Shown here: positions 1-8,760 of the stretch, piece by piece | Numbering within the stretch: the first letter of the stretch is position 1 | How the letters are laid out: every line of letters starts with the position of its first letter | Source: a virus | Lineage: Duplodnaviria > Caudoviricetes | Direction: 5' to 3' (one strand) | DNA: 34,770 nucleotides | Virus record (IMG/VR): IMGVR_UViG_3300044775_000056 | Coordinates: 1 to 34,770 of that record | The notes under the pieces: model-generated | Database searches by the model: none | Told to the model about the DNA's origin: nothing | The model's input: the letters and a program-made list of their open reading frames with translations, nothing else | Translations under genes and position numbers: made by a program

Positions 1-47
1 GGTGCAGGAGTCGGCGGTGTGGCTTAGCGGCCATCGCTTCCTCCGTC

Positions 48-87
48 GAACGCCGGCTAGGCCACTCCTAGCCGGCGTTCACATTTT
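48..87 (+). terminator. Probable intrinsic terminator (14-bp perfect hairpin)
   Basis: gaacgccggctagg (48-61), loop ccact, cctagccggcgttc (67-80), then acatttt; intergenic, upstream of the polymerase. Confidence 0.6.
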
Positions 88-162
88 AGCAGGTCGTTCG
101 GTGTTGGCGAACGCGGGCGAATCCGCTTCCCCTAAAATATAGGAATGATAAGATAGCCTCGG

Positions 163-3012
163 ATGGAACCGGGGCGCCCCAACATGGCGTTGATTTCAAT
201 AGATATCGAAAGCTATTACGACCAGGACTACTCGCTCTCCCGAATGTCGGAGACGAGTTACATCCTTGATCCGAGATTCGAGACGATCCTGGCGTCGGTC
301 AAGGTCGGCGCCGGCGAGACACAAGTGTCCGTCGGGCACGACGAGGTGGCGCGGCGGCTTGCCGAGATCGACTGGGCAAACTCAGCGTTATTGAGCCACA
401 ACATCAGGTTTGACGGCGCGATCTTGGCGTGGCGGTTCGGCCACGTCCCCAAGCTGTACCTCGACACGCTGAGTCTCGCGCGAGCGACGACGCACTGGGT
501 GATCGGGCGATCGAGTTTGGCGAAAGTGGCGCAGTACCTGGGCCTTCCTCCCAAGGGGGAGGAGGTAGTACGAGCAAAAGGCAAGCGGCTAGCGGATTTC
601 ACTCGCGACGAACTGGCGGCATACGCCGCCTACTGCATCCGCGACAACGAGCTGTGCTACGCCATCTTCCAGAAGATGCGGCGCTGTTTCCGGGCCAGCG
701 AGCTGCACCTGATCGACCTGGTGGCGCGGATGTTTATCCTGCCGCAGGTCCGGCTCAACCCCGACATTCTCGACCGGAACTATCAGGAGGTCTTGGCTGA
801 GAAAGAGCGGCTGATGGCCGAGGTCGAGACCATCCCGAAATCGCAGCTGTCCTCCAACCCGCAGTTTGCCGCGCTGCTGCGCGAGCACGGCGTCGAGGTG
901 CCGATGAAAACCTCGCCAACGACCGGCCAGGAGATTCCTGCCTTAGCCAAGGGCGATTGGCAATTCAAAGAACTCTGCCAGGACGACGAGTTGCCGGCGT
1001 TTGTTCAGGCGCTATTGGCCGCGCGGGTCGCGGTCAAGTCGACCTTGGAGGAGACCCGGTCGCGCAACCTGCTGGCGCTGTCAAAGACAGCGTGGCCGGG
1101 CCAAGGCGTGGGTTGGTTTCCGGTGCCGTTAAAATTTAGCGGCGCTCGTACCCACCGGCTCAGCGGCGACGGCGGTATAAACTGTATGCACCCCGATATT
1201 GAACTGCTCACACCCGCTGGCTGGCAACGAGTCGAGGATTGGCAGCCGGGAACTGCGTTGATGCAGTGGTGGCCAGACGGACAGTTGAGTTGGTGTACCG
1301 ACGCGATAAAGGTACGCCGCGAAAATTGTGAAGAACTGGTGTGGTTCGAGGGGCCGGCAATTCGTGGAGGGTTTACTCCCGACCATCGAATGGTTTCGGT
1401 ATCTTCTTATACGGGGGAGATTAAGGAGAGGTCTGCGGGTTGGATTGCTGACCACAGTGGTGGACTAGATAACGTGCCGAAATCCGGTATATTCACGGGT
1501 AATGGTTTAATAAGCCAAGTACAAGCCAGAGTGTTATGTATGCTCGCCGCAGATGGGCATTTTACTAACAAAGGAAACATTACGCTAGGGTTTAAAAAGT
1601 TGCGTAAGATCGAACGTTGTGCTGCGCTGTTAAAGGCGGCCGATATTACATATACATGCAATGTTAACAACGATGTAACGACGTTCAGAATAAAGAAAAC
1701 TGACGTTGCGTGCTGGATGGTAAAAAAATACGGTAGTTGGGTAATTGATTTACAACCTTGTAGTGCGGATGCGTTATTAGACGAACTAATCCACTGGGAC
1801 GGGCACCCAAACTCGCGTACCGAGGCGTGTACGTTCTTTACGATTCATAGGGACCAGGCTGAGTGGGTGCAGACACTAGGCGCGATTCGGGGGCGACGTG
1901 CAAGCCTATACGAATACGAATTTGCTGAAGCGTCTACCGGAAGGAAGTTCCATGTTTATTTTGGGACCTCACGGTACGCGTCGACTCGAAAAGGAGGTGT
2001 AACACGACAAAGTTATGGGGGAACAGCCTATTGCCCATCAGTTAATAGCTCGTTCGTATTAGCCCGCTACGATAGTAGCATATTTGTTACTGGTCAGTGC
2101 CAGAACCTCCCACGCGGCAGCCTGATCCGGCAAGCGGTCGAGGCGCCGCCGGGTTACCGGATCGTGCACCGCGACGCGTCGCAGATCGAAGCCCGGATGC
2201 TCGCCTGGATGGCGCGGTGCGACTACCTGCTCAAAGCATTCGCCGAAGGGCGCGACGTCTATTCTGAGTTTGCTAGTATAGTTTATCGAGAAACAGTATC
2301 AAAAGAAGATAAACTTAAAAGATTTGTAGGTAAAACTGCAATTCTAGGACTGGGCTATTCTTGTGGTGCCGAGCGATTCAGGCAGATGCTCTTTATCGGC
2401 AACGGAGGTATTAGTGTCAAGATAGACGAAGCGCGGGCGCAAGACATTGTCTACGCGTACCGAGATACGTTCCCCGAAATCCCGAGTCTATGGTCCCACT
2501 TCGATTGGGTGGCACGGTACATCATCGCGATGAACAGTAAGACCCGCTACCACTACCCCCCAACGACCGGCTATTACGCTCACATCCCCATCGAGCCTGA
2601 CTTCGACAGCATCGTGCTGCCGAACGACCTGCGTATCTCCTACCCCGACATTCGGGAAGGCGAGTACGACCAGCTGCGCAACCGCGCCGAGCTGGTCTAT
2701 AGCGATCCCCACACCAAGACCCCGAAGAAAATCTTTGGGGCAAAAGTGGTGGAAAACATAAGCCAGGCGCTGTCGCGCATCATCGTCACCGACATTGCGA
2801 TCCGCGTTTACACGAAGACCGGCTATCGGCCGTTTCTTTCGACGCACGACTCACTGGACTACTGCGTCCCGGCTGAAGAAGCCGAAGCGATAGACGTCGA
2901 GCTGACGCGCCAGTTCGCCATCGTACCGGCCTGGGCTGAGGGGCTACCGCTGGCGAGCGAAGGCGGCTGGGGCGCCAACTTGGCGGCTGCCGAGCGGGGG
3001 GCGAACCAATGA
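163..3012 (+). CDS. polA: Phage family-A DNA polymerase (3'-5' exonuclease + polymerase), intein-containing precursor; true start possibly ATG 184
   Basis: ExoI IDIES, ExoII HNIRFD, ExoIII YCIRD; RTHRLSG..N[intein]CQNLPR; motif A DASQIEARMLAW; motif B RFVGKTAILGLGY; motif C THDSL. Confidence 0.93.
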   Translation: MEPGRPNMALISIDIESYYDQDYSLSRMSETSYILDPRFETILASVKVGAGETQVSVGHDEVARRLAEIDWANSALLSHNIRFDGAILAWRFGHVPKLYLDTLSLARATTHWVIGRSSLAKVAQYLGLPPKGEEVVRAKGKRLADFTRDELAAYAAYCIRDNELCYAIFQKMRRCFRASELHLIDLVARMFILPQVRLNPDILDRNYQEVLAEKERLMAEVETIPKSQLSSNPQFAALLREHGVEVPMKTSPTTGQEIPALAKGDWQFKELCQDDELPAFVQALLAARVAVKSTLEETRSRNLLALSKTAWPGQGVGWFPVPLKFSGARTHRLSGDGGINCMHPDIELLTPAGWQRVEDWQPGTALMQWWPDGQLSWCTDAIKVRRENCEELVWFEGPAIRGGFTPDHRMVSVSSYTGEIKERSAGWIADHSGGLDNVPKSGIFTGNGLISQVQARVLCMLAADGHFTNKGNITLGFKKLRKIERCAALLKAADITYTCNVNNDVTTFRIKKTDVACWMVKKYGSWVIDLQPCSADALLDELIHWDGHPNSRTEACTFFTIHRDQAEWVQTLGAIRGRRASLYEYEFAEASTGRKFHVYFGTSRYASTRKGGVTRQSYGGTAYCPSVNSSFVLARYDSSIFVTGQCQNLPRGSLIRQAVEAPPGYRIVHRDASQIEARMLAWMARCDYLLKAFAEGRDVYSEFASIVYRETVSKEDKLKRFVGKTAILGLGYSCGAERFRQMLFIGNGGISVKIDEARAQDIVYAYRDTFPEIPSLWSHFDWVARYIIAMNSKTRYHYPPTTGYYAHIPIEPDFDSIVLPNDLRISYPDIREGEYDQLRNRAELVYSDPHTKTPKKIFGAKVVENISQALSRIIVTDIAIRVYTKTGYRPFLSTHDSLDYCVPAEEAEAIDVELTRQFAIVPAWAEGLPLASEGGWGANLAAAERGANQ
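1183..2097 (+). mobile_element. Intein (305 aa) with LAGLIDADG homing endonuclease, in frame in polA
   Basis: Starts CMHPDIELLTPAGW (block A), has TPDH (block B), LCMLAADG and DELIHWDG (endonuclease blocks), YCPSV (block F), ends VTGQ followed by Cys+1. Removal restores GGIN-CQNLPRG. Visibly more AT-rich than the flanks. Confidence 0.92.
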
Positions 3013-3365
3013 GGCAAGCGGCTAGTCTCAGTGTTGCCATACCGCTGCGGCGGAAGTCGGTTCGCGTGAACAACCCACTTATTCGGAAGTTTGAGCTATA
3101 CCACGCCAAATACCCGAATGTGTATCTTCTATTTAGCGACCTGACTCGACAGACGATCAGGCGCGGTAAGAAAGTATCGGCGCAATTCATCATCGAGCGC
3201 ATCCGGTGGGAAATTATCATGGGCGCAAAGGATGAGGACGGCTTCAAAATAAACGCTAATTTTGCCGCGTTCTATGCCCGGATGTTTATGAAAGATTTTC
3301 CCGGTTACGCCGGGTACTTCCACCTACGCACCAGTGTCGCCGACGAATGGGTGATCACTTACTGA
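3009..3365 (+). CDS. Conserved-looking phage hypothetical protein (start may be GTG 3066)
   Basis: ATGA overlap with polA stop; IIERIRWE...FKINANFAAFYARMFM resembles a phage hypothetical family I recall; AT-richer codon usage. Confidence 0.65.
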   Translation: MRQAASLSVAIPLRRKSVRVNNPLIRKFELYHAKYPNVYLLFSDLTRQTIRRGKKVSAQFIIERIRWEIIMGAKDEDGFKINANFAAFYARMFMKDFPGYAGYFHLRTSVADEWVITY

Positions 3366-3387
3366 TCCAACCAGAGGAGTTCTTAAA

Positions 3388-4101
3388 ATGGCTGTAGCTC
3401 ATAGCGAAAACCCTGTCGTTGGGGGCTTTGTCTATCCGGTCGAGCCGATGACCCTGCTCGATCTCGACGCCGCCGGACTCGACCCGACGCAGCCGGCGCC
3501 CGCCGAGTTTATACAGTTCCTATATGATTCCAGCCGGACCGGGTATCTCACCCTGTGGTCGTCGCACCTGTCCCAGCCCGGCGGCGCGTCGTCGATTCAG
3601 CAGTGGATCGAGGCAGCGCTGGCGGTCTATCACGCCCGCGCGTTGCAGACCCAGTACGCACCGGCAGGCGACAAGCCCACGGGTACCAACATCACTGAGG
3701 TGACCTATTCGGGGCCAACCGCGCCGCCGGCGCCGGTCGTGATCGACGTGCCCCACGTCAGCGGCGACGCCAATGTCGGCGGGCTCTTGACCTGCACGAT
3801 GGGCAACTGGGGCAACACACCGACCAGCTATAGCTACGCGTGGTCGAGCGGCGGCACCGAGAGCACCTACACCGTCGCTGCTGCCGACGCCGGCACGTCC
3901 ATCACCTGCGTCGTCACCGCCACCAACGCCGGCGGCTCGACCGCTGCCCCGCCGTCGAACGCCGTGACGATCGCCGGCGCAGCCGCGACGGCGGCCGCGA
4001 CCGAGGCTCGCGTGCCGCGTCGCGAAGAGCCAAAGGAGGAGGCTAAGGTTGAAGAGCGTCATACTACCCGTAGTAACGACGACCATAGCCGGCGGCGCTA
4101 A
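3388..4101 (+). CDS. Hypothetical protein with an Ig-like beta-sandwich domain and charged tail
   Basis: RBS gaggag; pattern P.VSG.ANVG..LTCT.G.W...PTSYSYAW....YTV..ADAG.SITC.VTATN..GST is typical of bacterial/phage Ig-like repeats. Confidence 0.7.
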   Translation: MAVAHSENPVVGGFVYPVEPMTLLDLDAAGLDPTQPAPAEFIQFLYDSSRTGYLTLWSSHLSQPGGASSIQQWIEAALAVYHARALQTQYAPAGDKPTGTNITEVTYSGPTAPPAPVVIDVPHVSGDANVGGLLTCTMGNWGNTPTSYSYAWSSGGTESTYTVAAADAGTSITCVVTATNAGGSTAAPPSNAVTIAGAAATAAATEARVPRREEPKEEAKVEERHTTRSNDDHSRRR

Positions 4102-4125
4102 TTAGACTTATTCCAAGGCAGCCTC

Positions 4126-4794
4126 ATGGCAAAATTCACCTGGTCGTTCAGCGCGTTGTCGGCGTTTTCGACGTGCCCTAAGAGGTTCTTCCATTACAAC
4201 GTCATCAAGGACATTCAGGAACCCGAATCCGCTGCCCTCCGAGAAGGCAGCGAGATGCACAAGGCATTCGAGAACCGGGTGCGTGACGGCACCCGGTTGC
4301 CGTTGCCCTACGTGCAGCACGAGCCCTTGCTGACAAAACTGATTGAGGCCCCCGGCACGACCTACGCCGAGCAGAAACTCGGATTGACTCGCGACTTCAA
4401 GCCGGCCGGGTTCTTCTCCAACAACGTGTGGTTCCGCACCGTTATCGACTTCTGCAAGGTGCGGCCCAAGTCGGCGGTCGTCATCGACTACAAATCGGGC
4501 AAGGTCACCGAGGACGAAACCCAGCTGTCGTTGATGGCCGCCACGATCATGCACCACGAACCGGAGATCGCCGAGGTTAAAACGGCGTTTCTGTTTGCCA
4601 ACCGAGACACCCTGATCACCCGGAATTTCCAGCGCGACGACCTCGACACGATCTGGGGTGGGATATTGCCGCGCGTCGCCAAGCTGGAGGAAGCCAGTAA
4701 GCGGGAGGAGTACCCGCCCAAGCCGAGCGGCCTGTGCGTCAAGTATTGTGCTGTGACCTCCTGCCCGCATCACGGCACGGGAAGCCGATGGTAA
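4126..4794 (+). CDS. PD-(D/E)XK exonuclease, Cas4/RecB-like, probable Fe-S cluster
   Basis: WSFSAL...CPKRF, G.EMH, IDF...IDYKSG, C-terminal CVKYCAVTSC (1+3 Cys arrangement). Confidence 0.85.
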   Translation: MAKFTWSFSALSAFSTCPKRFFHYNVIKDIQEPESAALREGSEMHKAFENRVRDGTRLPLPYVQHEPLLTKLIEAPGTTYAEQKLGLTRDFKPAGFFSNNVWFRTVIDFCKVRPKSAVVIDYKSGKVTEDETQLSLMAATIMHHEPEIAEVKTAFLFANRDTLITRNFQRDDLDTIWGGILPRVAKLEEASKREEYPPKPSGLCVKYCAVTSCPHHGTGSRW

Positions 4795-4988
4795 TTAAGA
4801 ACGAGCCAAGTCTTTATTGCCGCCGCTGCGGAAAGCGGTTGCAGAGGTATTATCATGAGTCACTACGTCGTTTTAAGCAACGGCAGTATTGCAGCCGGGT
4901 ATGTTCTGCATATGCCCGCTCTCACAGTCAAGAACGACCGATGCGTGGCAACGCTTTGGATTGGGTAGATGACGATATCATTAGGTAA
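4788..4988 (+). CDS. Small basic Cys-rich (zinc-finger-like) protein
   Basis: ATG 4788 overlaps the end of the previous gene; CRRC...YCSRVC; AT-rich patch. Confidence 0.5.
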   Translation: MVIKNEPSLYCRRCGKRLQRYYHESLRRFKQRQYCSRVCSAYARSHSQERPMRGNALDWVDDDIIR

Positions 4989-5226
4989 AACCCCTATCGA
5001 GCAGATCCGGGCGCAGCTGCCCGAGCGGGTGCGCGACCGGTTGACGCTTACCTTCAAGTCCGACCCCTACTTTCTGCGGGCCGAGGTGATTCATGTCCAC
5101 GGCGACGAGAAATTCACCTGCCCGGTCGAGTGGGAGTGGCGAGGCCGAGAGCGGATCGGCTGCAAAATACCCGACTGGTTCGTCGCGCATCTCCTCACGG
5201 TCCCGCTTGAAGCTGCGCACGATTGA
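4969..5226 (+). CDS. Hypothetical protein
   Basis: 85-aa ORF tightly packed in the operon, with GC-rich third positions. Confidence 0.6.
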   Translation: MTISLGKTPIEQIRAQLPERVRDRLTLTFKSDPYFLRAEVIHVHGDEKFTCPVEWEWRGRERIGCKIPDWFVAHLLTVPLEAAHD

Positions 5227-5227
5227 C

Positions 5228-5536
5228 GTGACGAAGATCGTCAGCGAGCGCGCCGTCAAGCGCCGGATCAAAGAGGTGCTCGATAAATATAAGAGCTATC
5301 ATATCTACGTGTACATGCCGGTGCCGGGTGGCTACGGCACCAGCACCCTCGATTACCTGGGGTTTCTGCGCGGGCGTGGCTTCGCCATCGAGGCCAAGGC
5401 GTCCAACGGACGAACCACGCCGCGCCAGGACGGCACCATCGCCACCATCGAGGCCAGCGGGTGTCCGGTATTCATCATCCGCGACGACCAGGAGCTGCTC
5501 CTGCTCGACGAATGGTTGGCGTCGGTCGTGAAATAG
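5228..5536 (+). CDS. VRR-NUC domain endonuclease (Holliday-junction-resolvase-like)
   Basis: SERAVK...G.STLDYLG...FAIEAKA..GRTTPRQ; GTG start 2 nt after the previous stop; typical position before the helicase. Confidence 0.82.
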   Translation: MTKIVSERAVKRRIKEVLDKYKSYHIYVYMPVPGGYGTSTLDYLGFLRGRGFAIEAKASNGRTTPRQDGTIATIEASGCPVFIIRDDQELLLLDEWLASVVK

Positions 5537-5544
5537 GAGGCGCA

Positions 5545-5760
5545 ATGTCAGTCGATAGGCAAGGCGGCGTTCTTTGGTTCGAGTGCGACGATTGCGGCGA
5601 AACGCTCGACACTGGTGAGAATGACTTTATGCGGGCCGTCGAGGTGATGCGCGAGGAGGGTTGGTGGGCCATTGGTCCCACACACGACAGTGACGAGTGG
5701 ACCCACCAATGCCCCGACTGCAAGCCGCAAAGAGCGCAGCGGGGGTGGAGCCGACCGTAA
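5545..5760 (+). CDS. Small zinc-ribbon protein
   Basis: RBS aggagg; ECDDC...GW...HQCPDC; TAATG overlap with the helicase start. Confidence 0.75.
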   Translation: MSVDRQGGVLWFECDDCGETLDTGENDFMRAVEVMREEGWWAIGPTHDSDEWTHQCPDCKPQRAQRGWSRP

Positions 5761-7154
5761 TGGACACGATCACCCCCACGCCGCCGCTGCTCGGGTATGA
5801 CTGGCTCGGCAAAAAACCCTGGGACATCCAGCGCCACACGACAGGGCTGCTGACCAAGAACACGCGTGCATACTGCCTTAATGCTTTCGGCTGCGGGAAG
5901 ACCAGAAGCGTTATCTGGGCCGGCGACTATTTGCGCCGCGCCTCGGGGGTAGGTCCGGTCCTAGTCGCGGCGCCCCTGTCTACCCTCGGCCCGGTGTGGG
6001 AGAGCGAGCTGTTCAAGCTCGACCCTCGGGCAAGAGTACAAATCCTATACGGCACCAAGCAGCAGCGCCTCGACGCGCTGGCCGAGGACGCCGACTGGTA
6101 CGTGATTAATCACCACGGTCTCGACCTGATAACGGCCGAACTGGTGCAGAAGGGCTTTCAGGTTTTCGTCATCGACGAGCTGGCGGTGCTACGCAATAGC
6201 CGGACCCAGTGGTGGCGGGCTGCCAACCGGATCGTCCATAGCGGGGTCAAGTATGTCTGGGGTTTGACCGGGTCGCCCACCCCCAAGGCCCCGACCGATG
6301 CCTGGGCGCAGATCAAACTGCTGACCCCGGACCGCACCACAAGGAGCTTCACCCGGTTCAAAGACGCCACGATGCGCCAGGTCTCGCCGTTCCGCTGGGT
6401 AAAGCGGGCCGGCGCCGGCGCCCTGATCCACGAGCAGATGCAGCCGGCCGTCAGGTTCGCGCTCGAAGACGTGATGGAGCTGCCGCAATCGGTCTATCGC
6501 ACGTTTCAGATCGACCTCGAACCGGTAGCGGCCAAAGCCTACAGGCTGATGGTCGACAAGCTGCGGATGCAGACCAACAATGGTGAAACAATCACCGCCG
6601 CCAACGAGGGGGTGCTACAGTCGAAGTTACTACAGGTAGCATGTGGCTTTATTTACACCGACACCAAAGGCGTCTTTAAGCTACCCGTTAAACCCCGCCT
6701 CGACGCGCTGCTGTCCATCGTCGAGCAAACCACCCGCAAGTTTATCTGCTTTGTCCCCTTTACCCACGCGCTGGAAGGCGTGGCGGCGCATCTGCAAGCC
6801 GCCGGCGAGACGATCGCCGTGGTGCATGGCCAGACCCCGGTCGGCCAGCGCAACCGGACCTTTCGGGCGTTCCAGGAAGACGACCAGCTGCGCGGGATCG
6901 TGGCGCACCCCGGCTGCATGGCGCACGGACTGACTCTGACCGCCGCCAACACGATCATCTGGTATAGCCCAGTCAACTCGTTCGAAACCTACGAGCAAGC
7001 CAACGCCCGGATCGTGCGGCCCGGCCAGACCAGCAAGACCCTGATCGCGCACCTGCTAGGCACGTCGGTCGAGCGTGCGGTGTATCAGCGTTTGCAGGAC
7101 CGCAGTTCTTTCCAAGGTCTTCTATTAGAGCTGTTCCACAGGCAAGAGCGGTAG
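5760..7154 (+). CDS. SNF2-like superfamily-2 helicase
   Basis: Walker A FGCGKT, Walker B IDEL, LTGSP, HGLTLT, QANARIVRPGQ. Confidence 0.9.
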   Translation: MDTITPTPPLLGYDWLGKKPWDIQRHTTGLLTKNTRAYCLNAFGCGKTRSVIWAGDYLRRASGVGPVLVAAPLSTLGPVWESELFKLDPRARVQILYGTKQQRLDALAEDADWYVINHHGLDLITAELVQKGFQVFVIDELAVLRNSRTQWWRAANRIVHSGVKYVWGLTGSPTPKAPTDAWAQIKLLTPDRTTRSFTRFKDATMRQVSPFRWVKRAGAGALIHEQMQPAVRFALEDVMELPQSVYRTFQIDLEPVAAKAYRLMVDKLRMQTNNGETITAANEGVLQSKLLQVACGFIYTDTKGVFKLPVKPRLDALLSIVEQTTRKFICFVPFTHALEGVAAHLQAAGETIAVVHGQTPVGQRNRTFRAFQEDDQLRGIVAHPGCMAHGLTLTAANTIIWYSPVNSFETYEQANARIVRPGQTSKTLIAHLLGTSVERAVYQRLQDRSSFQGLLLELFHRQER

Positions 7155-7183
7155 TTGACATTTGCACCTTATGCCCCTATTTG
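7155..7183 (+). promoter_or_regulatory. Putative sigma70-type promoter
   Basis: Perfect TTGACA (7155-7160), 17-bp spacer, TATTTG (7178-7183), in an intergenic AT-rich gap. Confidence 0.55.
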
Positions 7184-7237
7184 TAACTCGGTTGTTGGGC
7201 TGTTCATACAGTCCAGGTTCCATCCGAGTTACCTATA

Positions 7238-7271
7238 ACGGGGCCGGTTTATTCCGCGCCCCGTCTTTTTT
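7238..7271 (+). terminator. Intrinsic terminator
   Basis: acggggccgg / tttatt / ccgcgccccgt followed by c and six T. Confidence 0.7.
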
Positions 7272-7284
7272 ACTCGGAAAACCA

Positions 7285-7665
7285 ATGACACCAGCCCAGA
7301 TGATCGAGAAATACTTACAGCTGCGGCAGAAACTTCGTAACATCGAGGCTCGCCATAAGCTCGAACTAGCTCCGTACCTTGAGATCAAGGAGCGGCTTGA
7401 GATGGCGATGCTCGACCACCTGAACCGGGAGGGTCTCGACTCGCAGAAATGCGAGGCAGGCACGGCGTTCAAATCGACCGTGACCTCGGTCACCGTCAGC
7501 GATTGGGCCAAGACGCTCGACTTCATCCGCGCCAACGAGATGTGGGAATTGCTCGAAGGTCGGGTCGCTAAAGGGGCCGCCGTCGAGATCGTGCAGGAGC
7601 GTGAAGCGCCTATTCCTGGGGTCGAAATTTCTCAGATGACCGTCTTGCGAGTCCGCTCCGGCTAG
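7285..7665 (+). CDS. Conserved phage hypothetical protein (coiled-coil N-terminus)
   Basis: ATG 7285 after ggaaaa; YLQLR..L...DW..TLDFI...LLEGRV...IPGV pattern seen in phage replication modules. Confidence 0.75.
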   Translation: MTPAQMIEKYLQLRQKLRNIEARHKLELAPYLEIKERLEMAMLDHLNREGLDSQKCEAGTAFKSTVTSVTVSDWAKTLDFIRANEMWELLEGRVAKGAAVEIVQEREAPIPGVEISQMTVLRVRSG

Positions 7666-7720
7666 GCGTAAGCTGAAAATATAGACGTTATAATGCCACC
7701 CCATCGGAGGGACCTACGAC

Positions 7721-8746
7721 ATGGCAGGCCAACTGATCAGCCTGGATAACCGGCCGTCGGCGTTAGCGCGCAACCGGCGCTCGTCGCTCAACAGCAACGC
7801 CAAGCAGGGCATCCAGGCAAGCTTCGCGGTGCTTGGCTACAAGGGAAAGAACTGGCGGCTAAAGGTCAAATCGGCAGAGACCGTGTTGCACGACGACCGG
7901 AACCAGCCTCTGACCAGTATCGAGGCTGTCATCGTCGGGATTAGCCCGGCGATCTCGCGGCAGTATTTCGGCAAGTCCTATTCGGAGGGCGACAACGACG
8001 GGCCGGACTGCTACTCGACCGATGGCATCAAGCCCGACGCGGGAGCGCCGCACAAGCAGAACCCGGTATGCGCCACCTGCCCGCAGGGTCAGTGGGGCAG
8101 CCGCATCACCGATGCCGGCAAGCGCGCCAAGAATTGCCAGGACACCCGTCGGATCGCGGTCGTGCCGCTGACCGACCTGGAGCAGAACGTGTTCGGCCCG
8201 ATGCTGCTGCGGGTGCCGCCGATGTCGCTGAACAATTTGTCGAACTACTCGGACTTTCTCGACCGCAAGGGCGCCGGGTTCGAGTGCGTCGGCACGCGCA
8301 TCGGGTTTGATGTCAGCGTTGCCTATCCCCGTCTGACCTTCGATGCGATCGGGTGGCTGGACGAGGATCAGCAGCGGCTCGTTACCGGCGACGACGGCAA
8401 TGGCGGGCTGTGCGCCGACCCGTTGATCGAACGGATGCTGGGCGCCGACCTGACACAGACGGAAGAAGTTGAGCCGCGTCAACGCCGTTTGAATCTGGGG
8501 TCCGACGCACCCGAGCCACAGCGCGCGCCACCGCAGCGCGAGCCGATACCGCCGCAGCCGGAGCCCGATGAGCCGGACGACGATGACGACAGCGCCGTCG
8601 CCGTCGCCGCGCCGCCGCGTGCGACGCCGTTCAATGCCGCCGCCGCCCGAAAGACGCCGCAGCGCAAGCCGGCGGCACCGACCGTGCCGAACGACGAGGA
8701 CATGGAGTCGGCGCTCGACGACCTGCTGGGTGACACCGCTGCGTAG
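7721..8746 (+). CDS. Putative ssDNA-binding/annealing protein
   Basis: Strong RBS ggaggg; PDCYS.DG..P...CATCP..QWGS....GKR.K.C core, Pro-rich linker and acidic C-terminal tip; lies between helicase and primase. Function is inferred. Confidence 0.6.
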   Translation: MAGQLISLDNRPSALARNRRSSLNSNAKQGIQASFAVLGYKGKNWRLKVKSAETVLHDDRNQPLTSIEAVIVGISPAISRQYFGKSYSEGDNDGPDCYSTDGIKPDAGAPHKQNPVCATCPQGQWGSRITDAGKRAKNCQDTRRIAVVPLTDLEQNVFGPMLLRVPPMSLNNLSNYSDFLDRKGAGFECVGTRIGFDVSVAYPRLTFDAIGWLDEDQQRLVTGDDGNGGLCADPLIERMLGADLTQTEEVEPRQRRLNLGSDAPEPQRAPPQREPIPPQPEPDEPDDDDDSAVAVAAPPRATPFNAAAARKTPQRKPAAPTVPNDEDMESALDDLLGDTAA

Positions 8747-8760
8747 CCGACGCGCGTTCC

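Noticed and set aside
4522-4536. QLSLM in the exonuclease as a clamp-binding motif
   Set aside because: It occupies the RecB-family QxxxY helix position and is likely structural.
4126-4794. Cas4-like gene as evidence of CRISPR-Cas
   Set aside because: No repeat-spacer array or other cas genes were seen; solo Cas4-like nucleases are common in phage replication modules.
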